Below, in pieces: positions 16,542 to 25,618 of a stretch of DNA of 60,806 bases. Position 1 is the first letter of the stretch. Each line of letters opens with the position of its first letter. The notes beneath the pieces were generated by a model, which ran no database searches, was not told the origin of the DNA, and saw nothing but the letters and a program-made list of their open reading frames with translations. A program made the position numbers and the translations under genes. The stretch is from a virus. Taxonomy: Duplodnaviria; Caudoviricetes. The DNA is taken from the IMG/VR virus record IMGVR_UViG_3300042894_001153, positions 1 through 60,806 of that record. One strand, written 5' to 3'.

Positions 16542-16919
16542 ATGAACAAACAATTTGTGCCTTACAAAGAGGCATCTGCCTTAAAAGAACTTGGATTCAA
16601 TGAAAAGTGTCTTGGATATTATGGTATCCAAAATGAATTGAAGATTGAGATTAGTTCTAATTTAGATACTAATTTAACAAGAAGAGATTTCTATGCTGCC
16701 CCAACCTATTCACAAGCCTTCAGATGGTTTAGAAAGAAGTGTAAATACCACCATTACATAGAGCCGATATATAGGGACGGAAAAGTTTATTATGAGTATT
16801 GCGTAGTTAATTACCTTGAAGACGAAAAGAACTTTAACGAAGAAAATATTGCTTCTACATACGAGGAGGCAGAACTTGAGTGCTTGAGAAAATTAATAGA
16901 AATAGTAAAAATTAAATAA
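16542..16919 (+). CDS. Conserved Bacteroidota-phage hypothetical protein
   Basis: FVPYKEASALKELGF.E.C, APTYSQAFRWFR, TYEEAELECLRKLIEI. Confidence 0.75.
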   Translation: MNKQFVPYKEASALKELGFNEKCLGYYGIQNELKIEISSNLDTNLTRRDFYAAPTYSQAFRWFRKKCKYHHYIEPIYRDGKVYYEYCVVNYLEDEKNFNEENIASTYEEAELECLRKLIEIVKIK

Positions 16920-16925
16920 AATAAA

Positions 16926-17453
16926 ATGCTAACAGAATTAACTTGGAACAATATCTTTATAAAGGGTAGTAGTTCCGTATTAGATGGTATTGAAGAAAAG
17001 GTCTTTAGTCCAAATGCAGACGAGTACTTGTACAGTTTTCTTACACTAAATGAGTCGATGCCTAAAAAACTAAAGCTAACGTCATTGGTCTTGGAGAGGT
17101 TATCACCCACTGAGATGACGATTAACGTGGATTCAAATGGAGACCTAATGAATGAGTTCCTATTGAAGCTATCGAGCGTGTATAAGGTTCACATAACGTG
17201 CAAGTACGAGGATGATAGTATGGACATCGGAGGGACATTTGTCTGCAAAAATGGGACAACTTTAAAGGACTTGTCTTACAGCTATTTGGCGCATAGGTAC
17301 ATCGAGGATGGCATTGACGCAATTGCTTTAGACGTTGAGGAGTACATAAAGGAGGGAGAGACCTTTGAGGAGTTTATGTCAGAGCAAGGTCTGTGGACAA
17401 TAGTAACCAAGGATGATAGGGAATTAATTTACGATATGTTTAATCAAGAATAA
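16926..17453 (+). CDS. Hypothetical protein, possibly YubB/ferredoxin-like
   Basis: WNNIFIKG start and YED.SMD.GG pattern. Confidence 0.55.
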   Translation: MLTELTWNNIFIKGSSSVLDGIEEKVFSPNADEYLYSFLTLNESMPKKLKLTSLVLERLSPTEMTINVDSNGDLMNEFLLKLSSVYKVHITCKYEDDSMDIGGTFVCKNGTTLKDLSYSYLAHRYIEDGIDAIALDVEEYIKEGETFEEFMSEQGLWTIVTKDDRELIYDMFNQE

Positions 17454-17455
17454 TT

Positions 17456-17674
17456 ATGATAACACCAAAAGAAAAAGCTGAAGAGTTAGTCCTAAAGTTC
17501 AAGGAAGTCTCTATGGGATATGGATTCAATGATGCAATGTGGTATATACCATCAGATGTGGCAAGGCTATTAGCATTGCGTTGTGTTGATGAGATATTAG
17601 ATGCAGTTACTACCATCGCAGATAAACAGTACGATTATTGGCAAGAAGTAAAACAAGAAATAAAATTATTATGA
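17456..17674 (+). CDS. Conserved hypothetical (TPKEKAEELV...YWQEVKQEI family)
   Basis: Recognisable motif. Confidence 0.75.
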   Translation: MITPKEKAEELVLKFKEVSMGYGFNDAMWYIPSDVARLLALRCVDEILDAVTTIADKQYDYWQEVKQEIKLL

Positions 17675-17901
17675 CAATAAAATTTATAATTTGCGTTCAG
17701 ATAGAGCGATTGCATCGGTACGTATTTGACAATGTATACGTATCAGACAATCGTAGTTGGGGCGCAAGGTATGTGCCAAGGAGATGGGATAAGACAGCAG
17801 TAAGATGCCTTTTTATATTGGCGAAGTTGTTCCCTGACTATAGGAGTTATTTAAGAAAGAATAGTACCAATCCAAAATATTTAAGATATACAATATTATG
17901 A
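17671..17901 (+). CDS. Hypothetical protein
   Basis: ATGA-coupled start MTIKFII. Confidence 0.5.
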   Translation: MTIKFIICVQIERLHRYVFDNVYVSDNRSWGARYVPRRWDKTAVRCLFILAKLFPDYRSYLRKNSTNPKYLRYTIL

Positions 17902-18065
17902 GCAGTAAAGACCATAACATAGAGTACATAAAGCTAAAGGAGAGGTACAGAACACTATCGGAGTTGGATGCATCTGCGAGTAGCGAACACAAAATGCATA
18001 TTAAGATAAACAAATTATTAAAAGAAACACTTAGACAAATTTTAAATTATGACTTCAAAAAATAA
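17898..18065 (+). CDS. Small hypothetical protein
   Basis: Hand translation MSSKDHNIEYIKLKERYRTL...; fills the gap between ORFs. Confidence 0.5.
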   Translation: MSSKDHNIEYIKLKERYRTLSELDASASSEHKMHIKINKLLKETLRQILNYDFKK

Positions 18066-18345
18066 AAGTGTCCTTGAAGACACAAAGCAAACTGCACTAC
18101 AGCAATTGATAGAGAAGCTAAAGATGGACATCGATTACTACGATTCATTATTAAGCCAAGAGGACTACAAGGCTTACCACAAAGGTCTTATTGCTAAAAA
18201 AACACAAGCACATAGCACATTAGACGATGCAGAGAGTCTATTGGGAATAGAGAAAGAGCAGATAGAAAATGCTTATAGAGATGGTAGAATAGAAGCAAAT
18301 ATTCCCAAAGAATTTAATGTAAAAGGAGAACATTATCATAAATAA
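18049..18345 (+). CDS. KQTA...EKEQI family protein with the palindrome encoded at its N-terminus
   Basis: KQTALQQL and EKEQIENAY motifs shared with 25358-25618. Confidence 0.7.
   Translation: MTSKNKSVLEDTKQTALQQLIEKLKMDIDYYDSLLSQEDYKAYHKGLIAKKTQAHSTLDDAESLLGIEKEQIENAYRDGRIEANIPKEFNVKGEHYHK
18068..18083. repeat. Palindrome copy 8 GTGTCCTTGAAGACAC
   Basis: Read directly. Confidence 0.95.
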
Positions 18346-18346
18346 A

Positions 18347-18598
18347 ATGAACAGCTTAAACAAATACCCTAACGGGTTCGACAAGTACCTTAACGCACTA
18401 ATGAAGTTGCTTAGGGTTGATTTTAAAAACGTGTCAGTTAACAGAGGCAGAGAGGCAGTGACCTTCTTTTACTCAGACACAGAGGGAGACCATCAAATGA
18501 GTATATACAACGGGTATATGCAAAAGTGTTTTGAGGGTTCAGTTATGCCAAGGGAGATAGAATACTTACTCATAGAAGGAGATGAGACTAAAGAGTAA
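18347..18598 (+). CDS. Hypothetical protein
   Basis: 83-aa ORF in the operon. Confidence 0.6.
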   Translation: MNSLNKYPNGFDKYLNALMKLLRVDFKNVSVNRGREAVTFFYSDTEGDHQMSIYNGYMQKCFEGSVMPREIEYLLIEGDETKE

Positions 18599-18902
18599 TA
18601 TGAGCTTCAATAAAGAGAACAGACGATGTCCTAAGTGCGATAGCGATTGGGATGGTGGTTCAATTGTAGAAACCTTCAAGGAGAAAAGAGACAATGGAGA
18701 GCAGTTCTATAAGTGTATGAGTGATGATGATATTGATAAGATGGTAGATGAGCTTTACAGACCACCATATAGATGGGGAAGGGAGATAGGCATTGAGTTG
18801 CCGTATGACCATCCAAATCACTACGATGGCATATCGTACATCAAGTGTCCTGACTGTGAGGCTATATTTGATAGATGGAGTGGAGAGGAAACAATATTAT
18901 GA
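18582..18902 (+). CDS. Zn-finger protein
   Basis: CPKC...WDGG...YDGISY.KCPDC...FDRW. Confidence 0.7.
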   Translation: MRLKSNMSFNKENRRCPKCDSDWDGGSIVETFKEKRDNGEQFYKCMSDDDIDKMVDELYRPPYRWGREIGIELPYDHPNHYDGISYIKCPDCEAIFDRWSGEETIL

Positions 18903-19109
18903 AAGGAGTAAAGCCAAGACCAAATGACATTCGGGAGAATGGTGCTGAGAAAAGAGAGAGAACTTTAAATGACTTAATAAAAAAAGCAAAGGAAAAAGGT
19001 TTAATACATTCAATAAAATATGAGCAAGCTAATAGCACGAACGATAGTTCCAAAGAATAGACCTACGTTCAACACTTGGATGAAGTATATCCATAACGAA
19101 ATAAATAAA

Positions 19110-19125
19110 GTGTCTTCGAAGACAC
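19110..19125. repeat. Palindrome copy 9 GTGTCTTCGAAGACAC (perfect)
   Basis: Read directly; 23 bp upstream of the promoter -33 box. Confidence 0.95.
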
Positions 19126-19148
19126 AACAAAAAATACTTAAAAATAAA

Positions 19149-19180
19149 TTTGGATAGTTAATTCTATTATACTATCTTTG
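19149..19180 (+). promoter_or_regulatory. Bacteroidota sigma-A promoter
   Basis: TTTG-N20-TATCTTTG. Confidence 0.85.
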
Positions 19181-19207
19181 TACTTTAATTAAACAAAATA
19201 TAATCAA

Positions 19208-19435
19208 ATGAACATTTTCAGAATCAAAACAACATCGTGGCAGGAGGAAGACTTTATACTAATGACCACATTAACAGAGGAGCAGATAGACAAGGTGCTG
19301 TCTCCAATCGTAGACCAAGAGAGAGAAGGAAGCAGTGAGTACGACAATGACTCATTAGTAAAGGATTTAGAGGATGCGTATCCATTAGCTATAATCGAAC
19401 AGTACAGTACGGAATTAACAACCATAATAATCTAA
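19208..19435 (+). CDS. Hypothetical acidic protein
   Basis: First ORF after the promoter. Confidence 0.65.
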   Translation: MNIFRIKTTSWQEEDFILMTTLTEEQIDKVLSPIVDQEREGSSEYDNDSLVKDLEDAYPLAIIEQYSTELTTIII

Positions 19436-19439
19436 GGAT

Positions 19440-19685
19440 ATGGCAAGATTAATCAAAGCAAACAATTTCATCACCAACGACGTAGATATATCAACGCTTG
19501 AGAGGATGCAGAAGCTTGTCGGTGGGTACATAGAGCTTGTGTACCGACACGCTGAGGGAAAGATACTAATATGTAACGAGGAAGGGTTACTATTAGACCT
19601 ACCCGAAAACGAGCAGATACTAAAGAAGTACGGCATCCATCTATGTGGAGACGTGATAGAGGCAACATCAGAAGAATTAAATTAA
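19440..19685 (+). CDS. DUF3846-like protein
   Basis: LERMQKLVGGYIELV...NEEGLLLDLPEN. Confidence 0.8.
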   Translation: MARLIKANNFITNDVDISTLERMQKLVGGYIELVYRHAEGKILICNEEGLLLDLPENEQILKKYGIHLCGDVIEATSEELN

Positions 19686-19686
19686 A

Positions 19687-20031
19687 ATGAATCAAAAATT
19701 AAATGACCTAATTCTCAAGGAGAAAATGTCAACCAACCCGAACAAGAGCAAGATACTATTCTTGCAGAATGCGATGGACAAAGGTCTATCAATAGAAGGC
19801 TTTCGTAATTCAGGACGCATAGTAACCAAGGAGGACTTCCTTAAGCAGTTTGTTATACCACCACAGTTGGAGAAGAGTTCGACAGACGTGATGGAGTACT
19901 TTGATGGTAGCTATATTCAGATGTTCCCTGATGGACTGTATGGCATCTACGATGAGAGTGGCTTTATGTATATGTCTCACAAGCTAAATGATATTGAGGA
20001 GGTATTGTTCAAGAGATTTAATAATGAATAG
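19687..20031 (+). CDS. Hypothetical protein
   Basis: 114-aa ORF in the operon. Confidence 0.6.
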   Translation: MNQKLNDLILKEKMSTNPNKSKILFLQNAMDKGLSIEGFRNSGRIVTKEDFLKQFVIPPQLEKSSTDVMEYFDGSYIQMFPDGLYGIYDESGFMYMSHKLNDIEEVLFKRFNNE

Positions 20032-20296
20032 TCAATTAGATATAGTCAACACAGTGGAGGAGATACGAGAGTTACTCCTTACAAAGAACAACGCATACGG
20101 AAATTCTGCACTTGAGCCAATCAATGTATTCAGCAAGGGCAACGCAGTCGAGTCATTGTGCGCACGCATCGATGATAAGTTGGCAAGGATAAAGAATAGT
20201 GGACTAAGCGACGTAACTGAGGACACGCTCCTGGATTTGAGTGGGTATATGGTTTTACTAATAATAGCAAAGAGAAATGAAAAAGGAAATTTTTAA
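20024..20296 (+). CDS. Nucleotide-modification-associated domain 1 (DUF1599-like) protein
   Basis: KNNAYGNS...RIDDKLARI...EDTLLDLSGY. Confidence 0.8.
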   Translation: MNSQLDIVNTVEEIRELLLTKNNAYGNSALEPINVFSKGNAVESLCARIDDKLARIKNSGLSDVTEDTLLDLSGYMVLLIIAKRNEKGNF

Positions 20297-20579
20297 GGAG
20301 TACGCAGATAGGATATCCTCTGCGTTTGGAATAGAACAACAGATGCTATTCACAAAAACAAAAAAGAAGGAAGTGGTTGATGCGAGGTTCTTGCTGTACT
20401 ATATGTGCAAGGAGAGACCAATGAAGCTAATCTACATTCAGGACTATATGGGTTCTATGGGATATGACATCAAGCATCCGACAATACTTTACGGGATATC
20501 ACAGGTGGTTAAGAAGATGCAAACAGATTCTGACTACAGAAAAGTTGTTAAGACCATAAGTAAAAATGTTAACCCTTAG
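20277..20579 (+). CDS. DnaA C-terminal-like HTH protein
   Basis: KTKKKEVVDARFLLYYM...HPTILYG. Confidence 0.7.
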   Translation: MKKEIFKEYADRISSAFGIEQQMLFTKTKKKEVVDARFLLYYMCKERPMKLIYIQDYMGSMGYDIKHPTILYGISQVVKKMQTDSDYRKVVKTISKNVNP

Positions 20580-20970
20580 TCAGATATTCGATATTGCGAT
20601 ATCAGATAGCTATGCACTAACGCATAAAGGTAACGGATTCACAGAGGTGTCTCTGTACATCGTAAAGATAGTAAAGGACACAGAGAGTGGCGAGGTCTCA
20701 ATTTACTCAAGCGAGTTGTCAGATAATTGGTACACAGAACTTCAGGACAGAGAGCTAAATATTTTTAAAAATAATGGTTGGAGGTATGGAGTTTATGTAT
20801 TAACTTTGTCGAACTTTAGTCTAAAACACAGAAGGCTGTGTACGATGCTTGAGTTGTTGAAGTTGGGGAAAAAAAGAGGAAAGCATTCTATATCTTATTT
20901 AGAGAATGAGATTAGGATTGTAGAAGAAAAGCAAAAAGAGATTACATTAAAATTAAATAAAATCAAATGA
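20566..20970 (+). CDS. Hypothetical protein
   Basis: 134-aa ORF. Confidence 0.6.
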   Translation: MLTLSQIFDIAISDSYALTHKGNGFTEVSLYIVKIVKDTESGEVSIYSSELSDNWYTELQDRELNIFKNNGWRYGVYVLTLSNFSLKHRRLCTMLELLKLGKKRGKHSISYLENEIRIVEEKQKEITLKLNKIK

Positions 20971-21614
20971 CGAAAGAAACAAAATCATTGTCCGTATTCG
21001 AGAGATTATCGGCAATCAACGTGAACGACAAGGTAGAAAAGAAGGATAACCTTACTTACTTGTCTTGGGCTTGGGCTTGGAGCGAGGTTAAGAAGGCTTG
21101 CCCTGATGCAATCTACAAGATTGGAGAGACTCAGTACACCGACAAGCTTGGCATTATGTGTCACACAGAGGTAACTATTGAAGGAGAGACTCTAACTATG
21201 TGGCTACCCGTGATGGACTCTAAAAACAAGGCTATGAAGACTGAGCCTTATACCTACGCAACAAAGTACGGAGAAAAAACAGTTGATGGGGCTACGATGT
21301 TTGACGTTAACAAGACCCTTATGAGATGCTTGGTTAAGAACTTAGCTATGTTTGGTTTGGGTATATACATATACGCAGGAGAGGACTTGCCTGAGACTGA
21401 GACAGTGGCACAAGCAATGTCTACAGCTACTCCTACAGTAAGCACCCCTGATAATAAGTTAGCCTTAGAGGTTGGTAGTACAAATTGGGATAGAGTTGTA
21501 AAGTATGCAACAGAGAACAAGGGTATTGGTGCTAAGAAGATTATAGAGTCCTTGTCCATTAAGTACAAGATTAGCCCATCTGTAAAGACTGAAATCACTA
21601 AAGTAGTTGCTTAA
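20967..21614 (+). CDS. Sak3/DUF1071-type single-strand annealing protein
   Basis: LTYLSWAWAW, WLPVMD, NKTLMRCLVK.LAMFGLG.YIYAGED. Confidence 0.9.
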   Translation: MTKETKSLSVFERLSAINVNDKVEKKDNLTYLSWAWAWSEVKKACPDAIYKIGETQYTDKLGIMCHTEVTIEGETLTMWLPVMDSKNKAMKTEPYTYATKYGEKTVDGATMFDVNKTLMRCLVKNLAMFGLGIYIYAGEDLPETETVAQAMSTATPTVSTPDNKLALEVGSTNWDRVVKYATENKGIGAKKIIESLSIKYKISPSVKTEITKVVA

Positions 21615-21617
21615 GTT

Positions 21618-22355
21618 ATGTCAGTTGAGATACTTAATCGCTTGCGTGATGATGATGATTATTACGGAGCATTCGGAAAGCAGTTCCTTTCTAATTCAGA
21701 TATCGATGCGTTACTAAATAACCCAAAGGATTTTGGAAAGAAGGGTGGTGGCGACAATACAAACTACGCCAAGGGTAGATACTTCCATCAGTTAATACTT
21801 GAGCCTGAGAAGGCATCAGAGACAAAGTTTGTCGAGGCATCTACACGTACCACGAAAATCTACAAGGACTTCATCGAGCAGAATAAACTACCGTTTGCTT
21901 TGCTTAAGGCTGAGGGAGAGGAGATAAGAGGTTGCGTTCAGTCGATGATTCAGAACATAGCTTTCTTTGATGGTATCAGGCAGGATGGTAATCAGTACGA
22001 AGTCCCTGCTATTGCTGAGATTAAAGGACTTATATGGAAGGGCAAGGCAGATATCGTATGCACAGATAAGTTGATTGACCTAAAGACAACGAGTAACATC
22101 GCTGATTTTAAGTGGTCAGCAAGGAAGTATAACTACGATAGTCAGTGCTACATATACCAAAAACTATTCGGCAAGCCATTAGTCTTCTACGTGGTAGATA
22201 AGACAAGTGGTATGCTTGGTATATTCAGACCCACAGATGAGTTCGTTAGACGTGGCGAGGAGAAGGTTGAGAGGGCTGTCGAGGTATACCATAAGTTCTA
22301 CGGAGATAATCCAACAGAGAGCATAGAGTACTACTTTATAGATGAGATGCTATAA
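21618..22355 (+). CDS. PD-(D/E)XK exonuclease (RecE/DUF3799-like)
   Basis: LSNS, GRYFH..ILEP, KGKAD, IDLKTT, Y..Q..IY. Confidence 0.85.
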   Translation: MSVEILNRLRDDDDYYGAFGKQFLSNSDIDALLNNPKDFGKKGGGDNTNYAKGRYFHQLILEPEKASETKFVEASTRTTKIYKDFIEQNKLPFALLKAEGEEIRGCVQSMIQNIAFFDGIRQDGNQYEVPAIAEIKGLIWKGKADIVCTDKLIDLKTTSNIADFKWSARKYNYDSQCYIYQKLFGKPLVFYVVDKTSGMLGIFRPTDEFVRRGEEKVERAVEVYHKFYGDNPTESIEYYFIDEML

Positions 22356-22357
22356 TA

Positions 22358-22373
22358 GTGTCCTTAAAGACAC
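22358..22373. repeat. Palindrome copy 10 GTGTCCTTAAAGACAC
   Basis: Read directly; follows TAA-TAG. Confidence 0.95.
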
Positions 22374-22430
22374 AAAGTAAACAAAGTTTCAGGAATAGTT
22401 TTTAAAACAAAAGTTAAATAAATAAAAAAA

Positions 22431-22715
22431 ATGTCAGAAGAGAAAATTTTCGCAGAAGGATTCAGTTTCAAGCGTAGAGAAAACGCACCTGAGTTCGTAG
22501 TGGGCAGACAGTCTATCAAGGTAGATGAAGCAGTTGCCTTCCTAAACAAACACGCTAAGAATGGTTGGGTTAACCTCGACATCAAGCAAGCCAAGAACGG
22601 TAACTACTACTGTGAACTTGACAATTGGGAGAAGGGTGAAAGCACCCCACAACCAAAGGTAGAAAAGAAGGTAGCACCTCAATCAAGTAAACCAATTGAT
22701 GAGCTTCCGTTCTAA
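22431..22715 (+). CDS. Putative single-stranded DNA-binding protein
   Basis: Short OB-like region, C-terminal DELPF, follows the SSAP and exonuclease. Confidence 0.7.
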   Translation: MSEEKIFAEGFSFKRRENAPEFVVGRQSIKVDEAVAFLNKHAKNGWVNLDIKQAKNGNYYCELDNWEKGESTPQPKVEKKVAPQSSKPIDELPF

Positions 22716-22736
22716 AACCAAACAAGAAGAAAAGTT

Positions 22737-22763
22737 AAAGGGGAATTTATTCCCCTTTTCTTT
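22737..22763 (+). terminator. Rho-independent terminator
   Basis: AAAGGGGAA/TTCCCCTTT plus a T-rich tail. Confidence 0.75.
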
Positions 22764-22788
22764 CCTCTTTTGTGTGTTAGTTATTACA

Positions 22789-22920
22789 TTTGCACCCCTT
22801 CTATATATATATTATTAATTTATATATATTTATTTTTTCTCTTATATACATAAAGAAAAATTAACATTTTCAACACTAATACTGAAAATCAAATAGTTAT
22901 AATCAAAAAACCAACATAAA
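22789..22920. promoter_or_regulatory. Origin-like element B, upstream of the primase-helicase
   Basis: AT-rich tract, AACA-type repeats, AATCAAATAGTTA; homologous to 10481-10617. Confidence 0.55.
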
Positions 22921-22932
22921 ATCAGCATAAAT

Positions 22933-25350
22933 ATGACATCAACAATCACAATATTCAAAAACATTAAAGAAACAGAGACTCCATTCTATAGAGATGTACA
23001 AGTTGTATTCAATAGAATCAAGGATGGTGCTACTAAGGACTTAGTAAAAAGGATTAGATTAGAGAAGAACAAGACAGAGCGCAACGAACTAAAGAAGATG
23101 CTACCTGCTATTTGTTTTAGTGGTACATTCAATAAGCGCAACGACAATTCACTCATCAAGCATAGTGGTCTTATCTGCTTGGACTTCGATGGATACGAAA
23201 AGACAAAGGAAATGCTTCAGGACAAGGAGAACTTAAGCAAGGACAAGTACGTTTACTCTGTATTTATTTCTCCATCGGGTAATGGCTTAAAGGTATTGGT
23301 TAAGATACCATCAGAATCAGAGAACCACATAAACTATTTTAACTCCCTTGAGAAGCACTTTAATTCAGGATACTTTGATAAGGTAGTCAAGAACATCTCA
23401 AGAGTCTGTTACGAGTCGTATGACCCCTTAATTCACGTAAACGAGCAGTCTTCTGTATGGGATAAGATTGAAGAGTCTGAGTACACAGAGATTAATAAGT
23501 TCAGGGACACACCAACGATACCAATCACAGATGAGAACAAGATTGTAGAGATACTTGTAAAGTGGTGGGTTAAGAAGTATCCAATGGTTGAAGGACAGAG
23601 AAACCAAAATATTTACATATTAGCGATGGCACTTAATGATTATGGTATCAATAAGTCATTGGCAGGATACATAATGTCTCAGTACGCTACCCAAGACTTT
23701 TCTTTGATTGAGATAAACAGAACGATTGATTCTGCGTATTCCCAAACGGGGAACTTTGGAACTAAGTACTACGAGGACGAGGAGAGGGTAAACCAAATAA
23801 AGGTAAAGCTAAGGAGAGGTGTATCAAAAAAGGAAATTCGGTATCAGTTAGAAGAGTCTCGTATTGATTCCGATGTTATTGATTCTGTTATTAGCAGAAT
23901 AGAAGAAGAGAACTCAAGCCAAACTTTTTGGGATAAGAACGAGAAGGGTGTTATAAAGATAGTTCACTTTATGTTCAAGGAATTTCTTGAGGATAATGGT
24001 TTCTACAAGTACTGTCCCGAAGGTAGCAAGAACTATGTGTTTGTTAAGGTTACAAATAATCTAATCGACCACACGTCTGAGAAAGAGATTAAGGATTTTT
24101 GCCTTGACTACCTACAGCAGATTGATGACCTGAGCATCTATAACTACTTCGCTGACCAAACAAGATTCTTTAAGGAAGATTTCCTTACGCTTCTTTCAAC
24201 GATTGACATTTACTTTATCGAGGATACAAACGATGCATCTTATCTGTACTATAGAAACTGTGCCGTTAAGATTACAGCAAACAACGTAGAGCCGATTGAC
24301 TACCTTGACCTTGGTGGATACGTTTGGAAGGAACACGTTATCGATAGAAAGTTTAAGATATGCCCGAACAATGAGTGCGATTATAAAACATTCGTAAGCA
24401 GAATATGTGGTAATAACTTAGCGAGACTTGATACAATGGAGTCTACGATTGGATTCCTAATGCACGGATACAAGAACCTATCTTACTGCCCTGCAGTTAT
24501 CTTAAACGATGAGGTTATAAGCGATAACCCTGAAGGTGGAACGGGAAAGGGATTATTTATGAATGCCCTAAACCAAATGAAAAAACTTGTGGTTATCGAT
24601 GGTAAGCAGTTTGCGTTTGAGCGTTCTTTCCCTTATCAGTTGGTGTCAGCAGACACGCAGATACTTTGCTTCGATGACGTAAAGAAGTACTTTGACTTTG
24701 AGAGATTGTTCTCAGTGGTTACAGAAGGTCTTACCCTTGAGAAGAAGAATAAGGATGCGATTAAGATACCATTTGCCAAGTCACCTAAGATTGCTATCAC
24801 AACGAACTACGCAATTAAGGGTAGTGGTAATTCATTCGCAAGACGTAAGTGGGAGGTTGAGTTGCATCAGCACTACAACAAGAACTACACGCCCCTTGAT
24901 GAGTTCGGTAAGCACTTCTTTGCAGATTGGGATGATGACGAGTGGTGTCAGTTTGATAACTATATGATTGCTTGTCTTCAGCTATACCTAAGAAGAGGAT
25001 TGATTAAGAGTGTGTTTGTAAACCTTGCCGTTAGACAGTTGTCAGCAGAAACGTCTCACGACTTTATCGAGTGGTGTGGTCTACTTATGGATGGACAGAC
25101 TAACCCACACTTGGCTATAGGTCAGAGGATTCATCAGCAGGACGTTTACTACGAGTTTATTCAGGAGTACCCTGACTACGCACCGAAGTCACGTATGAGC
25201 ATCAGCAGAATGAGATTCTACCAATGGCTTGTATCGTATGCACTATACACTACAGGCGTTCAACCACAAGAGGGCAGAGATGCACAGGGCAAGTGGATGA
25301 TGATTAGACCAAAGCCAACACCACCATCACAACAAATTGAATTAATATAA
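22933..25350 (+). CDS. Primase-helicase (VirE/BT4734-like N-terminal, PriCT-like, SF3-like ATPase)
   Basis: LKKMLP...SGTF, HSGLICLDFD, FISPSGNGLK, GQRN, Walker A GGTGKG, Walker B LCFDDV, ITTN. Confidence 0.9.
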   Translation: MTSTITIFKNIKETETPFYRDVQVVFNRIKDGATKDLVKRIRLEKNKTERNELKKMLPAICFSGTFNKRNDNSLIKHSGLICLDFDGYEKTKEMLQDKENLSKDKYVYSVFISPSGNGLKVLVKIPSESENHINYFNSLEKHFNSGYFDKVVKNISRVCYESYDPLIHVNEQSSVWDKIEESEYTEINKFRDTPTIPITDENKIVEILVKWWVKKYPMVEGQRNQNIYILAMALNDYGINKSLAGYIMSQYATQDFSLIEINRTIDSAYSQTGNFGTKYYEDEERVNQIKVKLRRGVSKKEIRYQLEESRIDSDVIDSVISRIEEENSSQTFWDKNEKGVIKIVHFMFKEFLEDNGFYKYCPEGSKNYVFVKVTNNLIDHTSEKEIKDFCLDYLQQIDDLSIYNYFADQTRFFKEDFLTLLSTIDIYFIEDTNDASYLYYRNCAVKITANNVEPIDYLDLGGYVWKEHVIDRKFKICPNNECDYKTFVSRICGNNLARLDTMESTIGFLMHGYKNLSYCPAVILNDEVISDNPEGGTGKGLFMNALNQMKKLVVIDGKQFAFERSFPYQLVSADTQILCFDDVKKYFDFERLFSVVTEGLTLEKKNKDAIKIPFAKSPKIAITTNYAIKGSGNSFARRKWEVELHQHYNKNYTPLDEFGKHFFADWDDDEWCQFDNYMIACLQLYLRRGLIKSVFVNLAVRQLSAETSHDFIEWCGLLMDGQTNPHLAIGQRIHQQDVYYEFIQEYPDYAPKSRMSISRMRFYQWLVSYALYTTGVQPQEGRDAQGKWMMIRPKPTPPSQQIELI

Positions 25351-25357
25351 AAACATT

Positions 25358-25618
25358 ATGAGCAATAAAAAACAAACCGCAGTCGAATGGTTATTTGATA
25401 AGATAACACAAAACCAAGATATTAGATGGAGAGGTACACAATATGAAGATTTATTTGAACAAGCCAAAGCAATGGAGAAAGAGCAGATTGTAGATGAATT
25501 AAAGTTTATAGGTAGTTATTTTGATGTCAGTAAGATGGACGTTTATGAGATAAGACATCATATTAGATTTACGAGCATAATACAAGATAGAATCAATCAC
25601 TATAAGATAAACTTATGA
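25358..25618 (+). CDS. KQTAVEWL...AKAMEKEQI family protein
   Basis: Recognisable motif. Confidence 0.7.
   Translation: MSNKKQTAVEWLFDKITQNQDIRWRGTQYEDLFEQAKAMEKEQIVDELKFIGSYFDVSKMDVYEIRHHIRFTSIIQDRINHYKINL

Noticed and set aside
11474-22373. CRISPR array made of the palindromic repeats
   Set aside because: Repeats are 16 bp and separated by 0.8-3 kb of genes; no cas genes
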